This document shows, one piece after another, positions 30,901-40,700 of a stretch of 64,000 bases of DNA. The notes below the pieces were generated by a model. That model was not told where the DNA came from. It saw only the letters and a program-made list of their open reading frames with translations, and ran no database searches. The DNA comes from Candidatus Hydrogenedentota bacterium (GTDB taxonomy: Bacteria > Hydrogenedentota > Hydrogenedentia > Hydrogenedentales > GCA-2746185): positions 1 to 64,000 of the forward strand of contig JAYGCN010000288.1 in NCBI GenBank assembly GCA_046583315.1, given 5' to 3'. The position numbers and the translations under genes are program-made. Numbering within the stretch: the stretch's first letter is position 1; every line of letters begins with the position of its first letter.

Positions 30901-33900
30901 TATCGAATCCTGGAATCGCTTCGATGCCTCAACCCGTCGCGCCACCCGTACAATCTGCGCCTATCCCTACGGATAATTCCGCGCTGAGCAATTTGCTCGC
31001 TCAGACGCAATCGAATATCGCGGCCTTGCAACAGATGCAACAACAGACCGCGCAGCTACACGCGCAATTCCTGCAAGGCCAGGAACAGGCCAGTAAAACC
31101 TTTACTACGCTTATGCAACAGCAACAGGCGCTCTATTCCCAGACCGGACAGGTTGCGTCGATGCCTGTCATGCCTGCGGCGACACCCGTACAGCCGATTG
31201 CTCAAACACTTCAGCCGATCGTTCCGGAACCGATGACCGCACCTGCGCCGACGGTTGCTCCGGCACAAGCGAAAACAAGTGAGCTGGTGGTGAAGACGCT
31301 GATGGCGGTCGTTTCCGAGAAGACCGGGTATCCCGAAGACATGCTTGAACTTTCGATGAGTCTTGATGCCGATCTCGGGATTGACTCCATCAAACGAGTC
31401 GAAATTCTTTCTGCCTTGCAAGAACAAATCCCCGAATTACCAACCATCGAAGCCGACGAGTTGGGTTCAATCGAGACGCTTCAGGATATCGTCGGTAAAC
31501 TCGACACCGTCGTTACGGACGACACGCTTGCCGGTTCACCCGCGGCGGCGCAGGCATCACAAGAACAGCTCACGCTGGTACTGTTGGATATCGTGTCTGA
31601 AAAAACCGGGTACCCCACGGACATGCTCGAACTTTCGATGAGTCTTGACGCCGATCTTGGCATTGATTCCATCAAACGGGTAGAAATTCTCTCCGCCTTG
31701 CAAGAGTCCATGCCCGAGCTTCCGACGATTGAGGCCGAAGTCCTGGGTAGCCTGGAGACATTGCAAAATATTGTCGATCACTTGAAGGAATACGCCCCTG
31801 TAGGCACACCCGTATCCGTTCCCGGCGCGACCGTTCAGCGCCTGCTGATGGAGATTGTTTCAGAGAAAACAGGTTATCCCGAGGATATGCTAGAGCTCGA
31901 AATGAGTCTCGACGCCGATCTGGGAATCGACTCAATAAAACGCGTAGAGATATTGTCTGCGTTGCAAGAAGAAATGCCTGAACTGCCCAGCGTAGAGGCC
32001 GAAGACATGGGCGCACTGGAAACGCTTCAGGACGTGCTCGATTATCTTGCCGACCGTAGCGCTGCAGAAGCGCCCGCAGCGGTCGCGACATCGTTGAGCG
32101 TTAATCTGGACACCATGCGTTCCGATTTACTCGATATCATTTCTGACAAAACGGGGTATCCCGCCGATATGCTCGACACCTCGATGAGCCTCGACGCGGA
32201 CCTTGGCATCGATTCGATCAAACGCGTTGAAATTTTGTCGGCGATGCAAGAAGCGCATCCCGAATTGCCCACCGTCGAGGCCGAAGCACTCGGTAACCTG
32301 GAAACCATCGACGATGTGTTGCGGACGCTGAGCGAATCGGCACCGAATCCGGCACCCGCGCAGACCGAGAATGTATCTGCACCAACAGTAGAATCGCCAG
32401 TCGACAAAATTGACCGCATTCAGCGTCAGGTCATCACTGTCGGATCGGTTCCCGCGAAACGGGCGCGCTTTAATTTGAACGCCGACGCACTATGGACCAT
32501 TCTGGGCGACGAAAGTGATGCACTTACGAAAGCCGTCACCAATGAATTGTCCGAGCGTGGGTTTTCTACCGCACTCACACCCTCCGAAGATTCACAGGCT
32601 GTCCTTTTGATTGCACCCGAAGACGGTTTCGATGATGATGCACTGAAATCAGCGTTCTTCGATGTGCAAGCCGCAACTCGACATCTTTCCGAACTTAAAT
32701 CGAAGACTCTTTTTGCCACCGTGTCGCGCATGGATGGTCAATTTGGGTTGACGGGTGCGTGTTCCGAGTCACAAGCCCTGACTGGAAGCCTCGCGGGTCT
32801 CGCCAAGACCGCTTCCCACGAATGGGACACGGTCAATTCTCGCGCGTTGGACATCGCATCTGATTTTGAGTCGAAAGAAGTCGCTGCAAAAGCCGTGGTT
32901 GATGAATTGCTTCAGGATGCGCCTGTCGAAATGGGACTTTCTGCGAATCGTATCGTAACGCTTGAACTCGAAGACGTGTCCGTGGATGAATCGGCACCTC
33001 TTAATTTCACTTCCGAGGATGTCATTGTCATCTCCGGTGGCGCGCGCGGGGTTACCGCTGAAGTCGCCGCGAGTTTTGCCGAGGCCGGAGCGCCTACACT
33101 GCTGCTTCTTGGTCGGAGTGCAGCCCCCTCTGACGAGGAAAGCTGGCTGGCGGGTGTTGACTCGGAAGCCGAGATCAAAAAAGCCATCATGCAGAATACA
33201 GACGAAAAGTTGTCGCCGAAAGATCTGCAATCGGTCTATGATGCCATCGCACGTAACCGTGAAATGGCGCAGATGATTGGCCGGATGGAAGCGGCGGGGT
33301 CGACCTTGATTTATCGCAGTGTTGATATCCGCGATGCCGAGTCCGTTGCAACAATTCTAGCCGAAGTACGCGCGGAACATGGCCCGATCACTGGGTTTGT
33401 CCATGGCGCAGGCGTTCTTGCTGATCGATTCATTCATGATAAGACGCGCGAACAGTTCGATAACGTCTACGATACAAAAGTTCTCGGGTTACGCGCGTTA
33501 CTGAGTGCCCTTTCAAACGATCCGCTCAAGGCGATGGTATTATTCTCTTCTTCTACGGGACGTTTCGGTCGCAAGGGTCAGGTGGATTACGCCATGGCGA
33601 ACGAAGTGCTCAACAAGATCGCCCACACTCAGTCGAAAGCGCGTCCCGACTGCCGCGTTGTCTCCGTGAACTGGGGGCCTTGGGCCGGAGGCATGGTGAC
33701 ACCGTCGCTGCGTGCGGTATTCGAAAGTGAAGGCATCGGTCTCATCGGATTGCAAGCCGGAGCTGATTATCTCCTGCGTGAGCTCAATCAATCGCCACAA
33801 GGAAATCAGGAAATCGTCATCCTGGGATGCGCGGGTGACGCTCCGGTGAGTACTTCGACAACCGACGAAGAGATTGTTCCTACGTTGACCACAACGATCG

Positions 33901-34739
33901 ACACGCAAAGCCATTCCTTTCTGAAGTCACATGTAATCGATGGCAAGGCGGTCCTGCCGGTCGCGATTTTTGTGGAATGGTTTGCGCATACCGCGCTGCA
34001 TGCGAATCCGGGACTGCATTATCTTGGCATTGATGATGTGCGCGTATTCAAAGGCGTACGCATCGGCGAGTCCGAATCGCTTGAACTTGCACTGGTCGCT
34101 ACGAAATCTGACCAACGGAATGGCAAAAATCTCGTTCATGTCACGCTGCGTTCGGGAGGCAACTGGTCCACGCTGCATGCGCAAGGCACCGTGCGACTCG
34201 GAACGCGTTATGAGGTCGCTGAAGAAATCGATTCGGAAAACTCGCTCGGTGATTATCCCCATACCATGAACGAAGTTTACGATAACGGGCTACTTTTCCA
34301 CGGTGAAGCCTTCCAGGGAATCTGTGCGGTGACCGGATACGGTGAGGGCGGTGTCGACGCAACCGTTCAACCCGCGCCATCCCCGACCGATTGGATGACG
34401 AAGCCGTTGCGGCGTAAATGGGTCGGTGATCCCATGGTGATGGACTGCGCGTTTCAGGCGATGATTCTGTGGGTCTTTGAAAAATACAAAGCGGGATCGT
34501 TGCCGGTATCGTTCAAGCGCTACACGCAATATCAATCCTCATGGCCCAAAGGAGAAGTTTCCATTCGGGCGCGCATCGAAAAAGATTCTGCTCATCAGGC
34601 CGTCGCCACGATTGACTGTCTTAGCACCAAGACCGGCGCACTGCTCGCGCGTATCGAAGGATACGAATGCGTCATTGATGCCAGCCTGAACGAAGCCTTT
34701 CAGCGCGCACACCTCGCCGATAACCCGTCGAAGGGATAG
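27981..34739 (+). CDS. pfaA: PfaA-type PUFA synthase subunit: KS-MAT-4xACP-KR-DH
   Basis: KS DAACASS/EAHGTGT/GHTK; AT GQGAQ and GHSYG; four LGIDSIKRVEIL ACPs; KR GGARGVT; DH HVIDGKAVLP. Confidence 0.95.
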   Translation: MSDATDKNKANGEQLKPLAIVGIGSMFPKAQDLEQYWSNIKEGVDAITEVPDSHWSPDDYYDADQKRPDFTYGRRGGFIEPYKFDPLKYGMPPTTIEATDTAQLLGMVVAEQAMEDAGYGVTDDFDRDKVSVILGVTGALELVIPLGARLSHPQWRKAMQDAGMEAAQIEDAMSRMSDSYVDWQEASFPGLLGNVVAGRISKYLNTGGTNCVVDAACASSFSALHLAALELESGKADMVITGGTDTFNDIFMYMCFSKTPALSPTGNSKPFANDCDGTILGEGLGMVVLKRLEDAERDDDKIYAVLKGVGSSSDGKGDAIYAPSSPGQKKCLESAYRAAGVTPDTIELLEAHGTGTMKGDAVEASALCDVYGNGSERVGTWCALGSVKSQIGHTKSSAGAAGLIKAVLSLYNKVLPPTIKVDQPADAVAPGTTPFYVNTTKRPWVSSDGHPRRAGVSAFGFGGSNFHLVLEEYVPKKTEVDWDGLTQILAYSTDTPEELKVTVNKVADSDWATLRAEAKLSRESFDATKNCRLVLVIECGKSNFSKLKSAVTAGFDKHGGTESWSSPEGIYYGTGTPDGQLAFIFPGQGAQYTDMLKDLACQFPEMIDALDLADEVYGIGEDGTRLSDRIYPHPTFDKEFAKRDTAALTKTGVAQPAIGCVSLGAMNVLSRFDIAPEAAAGHSYGELTALHAGGVLTADGLVQASKLRGELMGAGEGDCGTMLAVRGDIAATQAVINEEELDVVIANKNSPEQAVLSGTTEAIQQAKGVFDARKISSTPLTVAAAFHSKLVADAAKPFAEGLADVEFSKATIPIFSNTTGEQYPKDIKEARTLLANQLANPVEFVNEITALYKSGVRTFIEVGPGARMTGLIKAILKDTSPNAYALDASNGKQSGITDLAKTLAQTAALGHTVDLAPWDEHFVVPPASDGKKRLILELTGANYRSDKSLKRMEKAATPPKPVAPATPASQQAVVSNPGIASMPQPVAPPVQSAPIPTDNSALSNLLAQTQSNIAALQQMQQQTAQLHAQFLQGQEQASKTFTTLMQQQQALYSQTGQVASMPVMPAATPVQPIAQTLQPIVPEPMTAPAPTVAPAQAKTSELVVKTLMAVVSEKTGYPEDMLELSMSLDADLGIDSIKRVEILSALQEQIPELPTIEADELGSIETLQDIVGKLDTVVTDDTLAGSPAAAQASQEQLTLVLLDIVSEKTGYPTDMLELSMSLDADLGIDSIKRVEILSALQESMPELPTIEAEVLGSLETLQNIVDHLKEYAPVGTPVSVPGATVQRLLMEIVSEKTGYPEDMLELEMSLDADLGIDSIKRVEILSALQEEMPELPSVEAEDMGALETLQDVLDYLADRSAAEAPAAVATSLSVNLDTMRSDLLDIISDKTGYPADMLDTSMSLDADLGIDSIKRVEILSAMQEAHPELPTVEAEALGNLETIDDVLRTLSESAPNPAPAQTENVSAPTVESPVDKIDRIQRQVITVGSVPAKRARFNLNADALWTILGDESDALTKAVTNELSERGFSTALTPSEDSQAVLLIAPEDGFDDDALKSAFFDVQAATRHLSELKSKTLFATVSRMDGQFGLTGACSESQALTGSLAGLAKTASHEWDTVNSRALDIASDFESKEVAAKAVVDELLQDAPVEMGLSANRIVTLELEDVSVDESAPLNFTSEDVIVISGGARGVTAEVAASFAEAGAPTLLLLGRSAAPSDEESWLAGVDSEAEIKKAIMQNTDEKLSPKDLQSVYDAIARNREMAQMIGRMEAAGSTLIYRSVDIRDAESVATILAEVRAEHGPITGFVHGAGVLADRFIHDKTREQFDNVYDTKVLGLRALLSALSNDPLKAMVLFSSSTGRFGRKGQVDYAMANEVLNKIAHTQSKARPDCRVVSVNWGPWAGGMVTPSLRAVFESEGIGLIGLQAGADYLLRELNQSPQGNQEIVILGCAGDAPVSTSTTDEEIVPTLTTTIDTQSHSFLKSHVIDGKAVLPVAIFVEWFAHTALHANPGLHYLGIDDVRVFKGVRIGESESLELALVATKSDQRNGKNLVHVTLRSGGNWSTLHAQGTVRLGTRYEVAEEIDSENSLGDYPHTMNEVYDNGLLFHGEAFQGICAVTGYGEGGVDATVQPAPSPTDWMTKPLRRKWVGDPMVMDCAFQAMILWVFEKYKAGSLPVSFKRYTQYQSSWPKGEVSIRARIEKDSAHQAVATIDCLSTKTGALLARIEGYECVIDASLNEAFQRAHLADNPSKG
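31290..32330 (+). repeat. Four tandem ACP-domain repeats inside pfaA (boundaries approximate)
   Basis: Four copies of (S)EKTGYP.DML...MSLDADLGIDSIKRVEILSA. Confidence 0.93.
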
Positions 34740-34748
34740 TCCAAGGTC

Positions 34749-37700
34749 ATGCCGGACAAATCACCCATAGCCATCGTCGGTATCGGCGGCATATTTCCCG
34801 GGGCCTCCGATCTGGATGGCTTTTGGCAAAATGTCGTGCAGGGGAAAGATTCCGCGCGCGAGGTGGACGATGATCGCTGGATTTTGTCCAAGGATGACGC
34901 GTTTGCTGAAGCCAAAGCCACGCCCGACAAGGTGTACTCAACACGCGGCTGTCTGATAGATGCCATTCCGAAATTGCCCGCCCATGGTTTGGAAATATCG
35001 CCTGAACTGGTGGCTGAATTGGACCCGGCAGTCCAGTTGTTACTCGCCGCAGGGCATCAGGCGTTCTACGACGCGAGAGTGGCCGATGTGGATCGAAGTC
35101 GCGTAGGCGTAATGATTGGTAATCTTGCACTGCCGTCCGAATCTTCCTCTACGATCACACGCGAGTTCTTCGGGCGCATCCTGGAAGAAAAAGTTCTTGG
35201 TCAGAGCACTCTGCACAACCCTTCCAAGACCTCTCCCATGAATCGATACGTGGCGGGTCTGCCTGCTGGCGTGTTGGCCAACGCGCTTGGACTCGGTGGT
35301 GGCAGTTTTACGCTGGATGCCGCGTGCTCATCTTCGTTATATGCGCTAAAACTCGCAATAGATGAGTTGCAATCCGGGCGTGCTGACGCGATGTTGACGG
35401 GAGGTCTTTCGCGACCCGATTGTTTATACACCCAAATGGGATTCTCTCAGTTACACGCGCTTTCGCCGACGGGCACATGCTCTCCCTTCGACCAGAACGG
35501 AAACGGACTCGTCGTGGGAGAAGGCTGTGGGATCTTGCTGCTCAAACGACTCGACGATGCGCAGCGCGATGGCGACACCATTCATGCGGTGATTCGCGGC
35601 ATCGGTTTGTCCAACGATGTCGGTGGAAGCCTGCTTGCGCCGATGACGGATGGACAGCTCAGGGCCATGCACGAAGCCTACGAAAATGCCGGATTGCGCC
35701 CGCAAGACATGGATCATGTCGAATGCCACGCCACCGGTACGCCACTGGGCGATGCGACCGAAGTCAGAAGTTTGAAAGCCCTCTGGGGCGGCGATCACTG
35801 GCAACCCGAGCAGTGTGTTCTCGGTTCCGTGAAGTCCAACATTGGACATTTACTCACCGCAGCGGGTTCGGCCGCCATTATCAAAACCATTCTGGCGATG
35901 AAACACCGTACCTTGCCGCCGACGGCCAATTTCAAACAACCCAATCCGGAGATGGAACTCTCCAAGAGTCCCTTCGCCGTGTTGTCCGAGAGTAAAACAT
36001 GGGAAAAACGCGATAAACAGACGCCCCGCCGCGCTGCCGTGAGTGCCTTCGGTTTCGGCGGCATCAACGCCCATGTCATCCTCGAAGAATGGGATCCTGA
36101 ATTCAATCTTTCACAGAGTCGTAGCGTCACCCCGATAGAAATCGACTCGGCATCCGAAGAACCCGTCGCCATTGCTGTCGTAGGAATGGACGCCAGCTTC
36201 GGACAGTGGGACACGTTGCGCGCATTCCAGGAGCGTGTGCTCGGTGGTCGTAACGAAGACGAACCCACGACGCCGTCAGGATGGTGGGGCATTGAACAGA
36301 GCGCGTGGTATCGCCTGCAAGGCTTGAATCACACTCCGTTCAAGGGGTTTTATTCCGACACGGTCGAAATACCTCGCGACATGTTTCGTATTCCTCCAAA
36401 AGAACTCGAAGAGATGTTGCCCCAGCAGTTGTTGATGCTCAAAGTCGCCGCGCGTGCACTCATCGATAGCGGACTGAACCCGAAAGAGGCCGCTAGCGGT
36501 ATTCACGACAAAACCAATGAACGCACTGGCGTCTTCATCGGCATCGGTATGGATTTGAACGCGACCAACTTCAGTTTCCGATGGTCTCTGGCCAATAAAG
36601 CGAAGGAATGGGCCAGGCAGCTTGGACTTTCGCTCAGTCCCGACGAGTTGGACGACTGGATAGAGTCTCTGCGCGACGCCTTCATACCGCCACTCTCCGC
36701 GAACAGAACGATGGGCGCGCTCGGTAGCGTCGTGGCGAGTCGCATTGCGCGCGAATTCCGTATCGGCGGACCCAGCTATACGATCTCCAGCGAAGAAAAT
36801 TCCAGCGCACGCGCCATCGAGGTCGCTGTGCGTGCATTGCAAAGTGGAAGTCTCGATCAGGCCGTCGCGGGTGGTGTCGACTTGAACGGTGACATGCGAT
36901 CCGTGTTGACGAGTCACCAGGAACGCGCGTATTCGCCATCGGGCACGTGTCGACCCTTCGATGCGCAGGCCGACGGAAGTCTGGTCGGTGAAGGAGCCGC
37001 TGCCGTAGTCCTGAAACGTCTCGACGATGCCGTGCGGGACGGAGATCGGGTCTATGCGGTCATCAAGGGAATCGGAACCGCATCGGGCGGCGGCGTTGAA
37101 TCTTCCACGCCCACCGAATCGGCTTATACGGACGCTCTGAAACGTGCGTATGCTGATGCGCAGGTTGAAATCGACAGCGTCGGTCTCATCGAAGCCAGCG
37201 GAAGCGGCAGTCCCGACGAAGATTATATCGAATCCCGCGCGCTCAGTCGTTCGTTCAAAGAAAACGACGATGGACGATGCATGGTGACCAGCGCGAAAGC
37301 GGACATCGGTCATGCCGGAGCCGCATCGGGAATCGCGAGCCTTGTAAAAACATGCCTGTCGCTCTATCAGGAAATACTGCCGCCTCTGCGCGGTATTGAT
37401 GATTTGCGCGAAGAATTTCAACCCTCCGGGCACCGCCTGTTCTGCTCCAAAAAGCCTCAATACTGGTTGCGCAACAGTGACCAAGGCCCACTGCGCGCAG
37501 GGGTGAGTTCGTTTGGTTTCGATGGCAATTGCACGCACATGGTGCTTGAGTCCTTCGAATATAAAAACGAACCGCATATTCAGACCGAACGACTTCAACC
37601 CCTGGGGAGTCGAGCCGAAGGGCTGTTCTTCGTTGAAGCAAACAATGTGCAGGCACTTGAGATCGGACTAGGGCGTTTGCGCGCATTCATAGAACGCGAC

Positions 37701-40700
37701 CCTGAGGCACCGGTTGAAATCCTGGCACGTCGCTGGTGGCATGACAATCGCGAGGACAACGGCAAAGCACTCGCCGTGGCCTTCGTCGCACGCAACGGTT
37801 CGGAACTGGTTACGCAGATTGATTTTGCGAAACCGGGACTGCGCGAATCGGCTGAGAAGGGATATGGTCTATCCTCGCGACAACACGTCCCACCTCATGT
37901 GCGCGACCGCGTTTTCTTCAACGCTAATCCCTTGGGCGCACAAGGCAAAGTAGCTTTCGTATATCCGGGTTCCGGCAATCAATATTTGCGGATGGGGCAG
38001 GATTTATCCGTGCAATGGCCCGAAATTTTCCGCGAACAGTCGCAGGACAACGCGACGCTTAAGAGTCAGTTTCAACCCGATGTGTTTTGGAATAGCGAAT
38101 CGGCCACGGCACTCAATGAAAATCACAAGGCTACGCTGTTCGGCCAGGTCGCGCTCGGTACGGCCGTCAGCGATCTCATTTTCAGTTTCGGCGTAAAAGC
38201 CGATGCCGTACTCGGCTACTCACTCGGCGAAATGGCGGGATTTTTCTCGCTGAAGGCCTGGACCCAACGCGACGAGATGCACCGCCGCATCGAAGAGTCC
38301 ACCTTGTTTACCGAAGATCTCGCTGGCGAGTACAAGGCCGCCCGCAAGCTCTGGAAAGTTCCCAGCAATACGACGGTAGACTGGGCGCTTGGCGTCATTG
38401 ACCGACCCGCAAAGGTTGTGCGTGCCGCGTTAACCGATCACAAAAAAGTCTACAACCTTATCGTGAATACCTTGCACGAGTGCGTAGTCGGTGGCGATCC
38501 CCACGCAGTTGAAAAGCTCGTGAAGAAACTAGACTGCGAATTCTTTCCCTTGCAGGGCGTGACCACCGTACACTGCGAAGTCGCCGAAGAAGTTCAGGAA
38601 CCGTATCGTGAACTGCACGTGTTGCCGACGACCCAACCGCGCGATGTTCAGTTTTACAGCGGCGCATGGGGAACGGCCTACAACCTGACCTCTGACAGTG
38701 CCGCAGACTCCGTGCTCGCGCAAGCCCTTTACGGTATCGATTACCCCAAGGTTGTCGAAGCCGCCTACGACGATGGCGCGCGCATTTTTATCGAAATGGG
38801 ACCGGGGGGCTCTTGTTCGCGCATGATCGGTGAAATTCTGGGCGACCGACCCTACGTCGCGCGGACGGTATGCAAGCAGGGTCAGGAAATCACGACCACT
38901 GTGCTGCGCACGCTCGGGCAACTCATCGCCGAACGCGTACCGGTTGATCTCAGCGTTTTGTACGGTCAGGAGACGACCATCGCGGATCCCGCACTCGACA
39001 CGCACGATATGCCGATGCTTCGGGTACACACTGGTGGCGATCCGATTCAGGTGGTGATGCCTCATCGCGAAACAACGTCCGAGCCAATCGATGCCACACC
39101 AATATACGAAGAACCCGAGCCTGCGCCAGCCTCGGCCACTCCCGCGCCTGAATTCGAGGTGCCTGTATTTGCAGCTCCAGCGCCTGTCGCGGTCGGCACG
39201 ACAGACCCCGCTATGCAGCAATGGCTCGACACCGAGGAGGTAAAGGTTCAGGCGCACGAAACCTACTTGCGATTTGCTCAGCAAACGACCAAAGCTCTCG
39301 AAGAAACGATTGCCTATCAATTATCCCTGACGCAGGCGCTGATGACCGGTGCGGAAATCATAGCCACCGAAGTCGCCACGACCCCGGCGCCTCCAGCTGC
39401 GCCTCCGCCGCCATCACGTTCCGCTTACACTGGGTCGTCCGTCGCCATGACACGCGAGCAATGTATGGAATACGCAATCGGCTCGATTGGCGCATCGATG
39501 GGCCAGGAATGGCGCGAAATCGATTCCCATCCCACGCGCGTGCGACTGCCTGATGAGCCGCTTATGCTTGTAGACCGAATCATTTCCTTCCACGGGGATG
39601 CCCGCTCCATGACGAATGGCCGCGTGGTGACCGAGCACGATATTCTGCCGAACGCGTGGTATCTCGATTGCGGACGCATCCCGACCTGCATCGCGGTCGA
39701 AGCCGGACAGGCCGACCTTGTTTTGTCTGCCTATCTTGGCATCGATTTCGAGACCAAAGGGTTGGCGATGTATCGTCTCCTGGATGCGGACGTGACCTTT
39801 CATCGTTCCTTGCCCGGTCCCGGTGAGACCATTCACTTCGACATCCGTATTGAACGATTTTTTCAGCAGGGTGATACCTACTTATTCAAATTTAATTACG
39901 ACGCGACCGTAAATGGTGAATCCTTTTTGACCATGCGCAACGGATGTGCGGGATTTTTCACGCGCGAAGAACTTGATGCCGGGCAAGGCGTTGTGAAAAC
40001 CGAGTTGGATTTGCGTCCGATGCCGGGTGTGCGACCCGATGACTGGCGTGATCTCGTGCCCATGCGACAAGAATCCTATTCTGACGCGCAAGTCACCGCG
40101 CTACGAGGCGGAGACTACGTCGCGTGTTTTGGTGATGCCTTTTCAGGTATCGGATTAAACAATCCCGCTGGTCTGCCCGATGGCAAGATGTGCCTCGTTG
40201 AGCGAATTACGGATGTCGAACCCGGTGGCGGACGTTTTGGGCTTGGACTCATTCGCGGCGAGATGGACATTCATCCCGATGACTGGTTCCTGACCTGTCA
40301 CTTTGTCGATGACCGCGTGATGCCGGGCACACTCATGTACGAATGCAGCCTGCACACGATGCGGATTTATTTGATGCGCATGGGCTGGGTGGGTGAAGCC
40401 GATTCGGTTGTGTATGAACCGGTTCCAGGCGTGACGGGTAAGCTCAAATGCCGCGGTGAGGTGAATGAATCGTCCGACAGGGTCATCTACGAGATCACCA
40501 TCAAGGAACTCGGCTACAATCCGTCGCCCTACGCCATCGCGGACACCATGATGTATGTCGATGGTAAACCCGCCGTCGAAATGAACGACCTCTCCATTCA
40601 GATGACCGGGTGGACGCGTGAATCGCTGGAGACGATGTGGGAGCGGGGCATACAAGGAATCATGCAGCCTCGGCAATCTCTTTTTGATTACGAATCGATT

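Noticed and set aside
31290..32330. Regularly spaced DNA repeats resembling a CRISPR array
   Set aside because: They are in-frame ACP domain repeats in pfaA with synonymous variation; no cas genes are present
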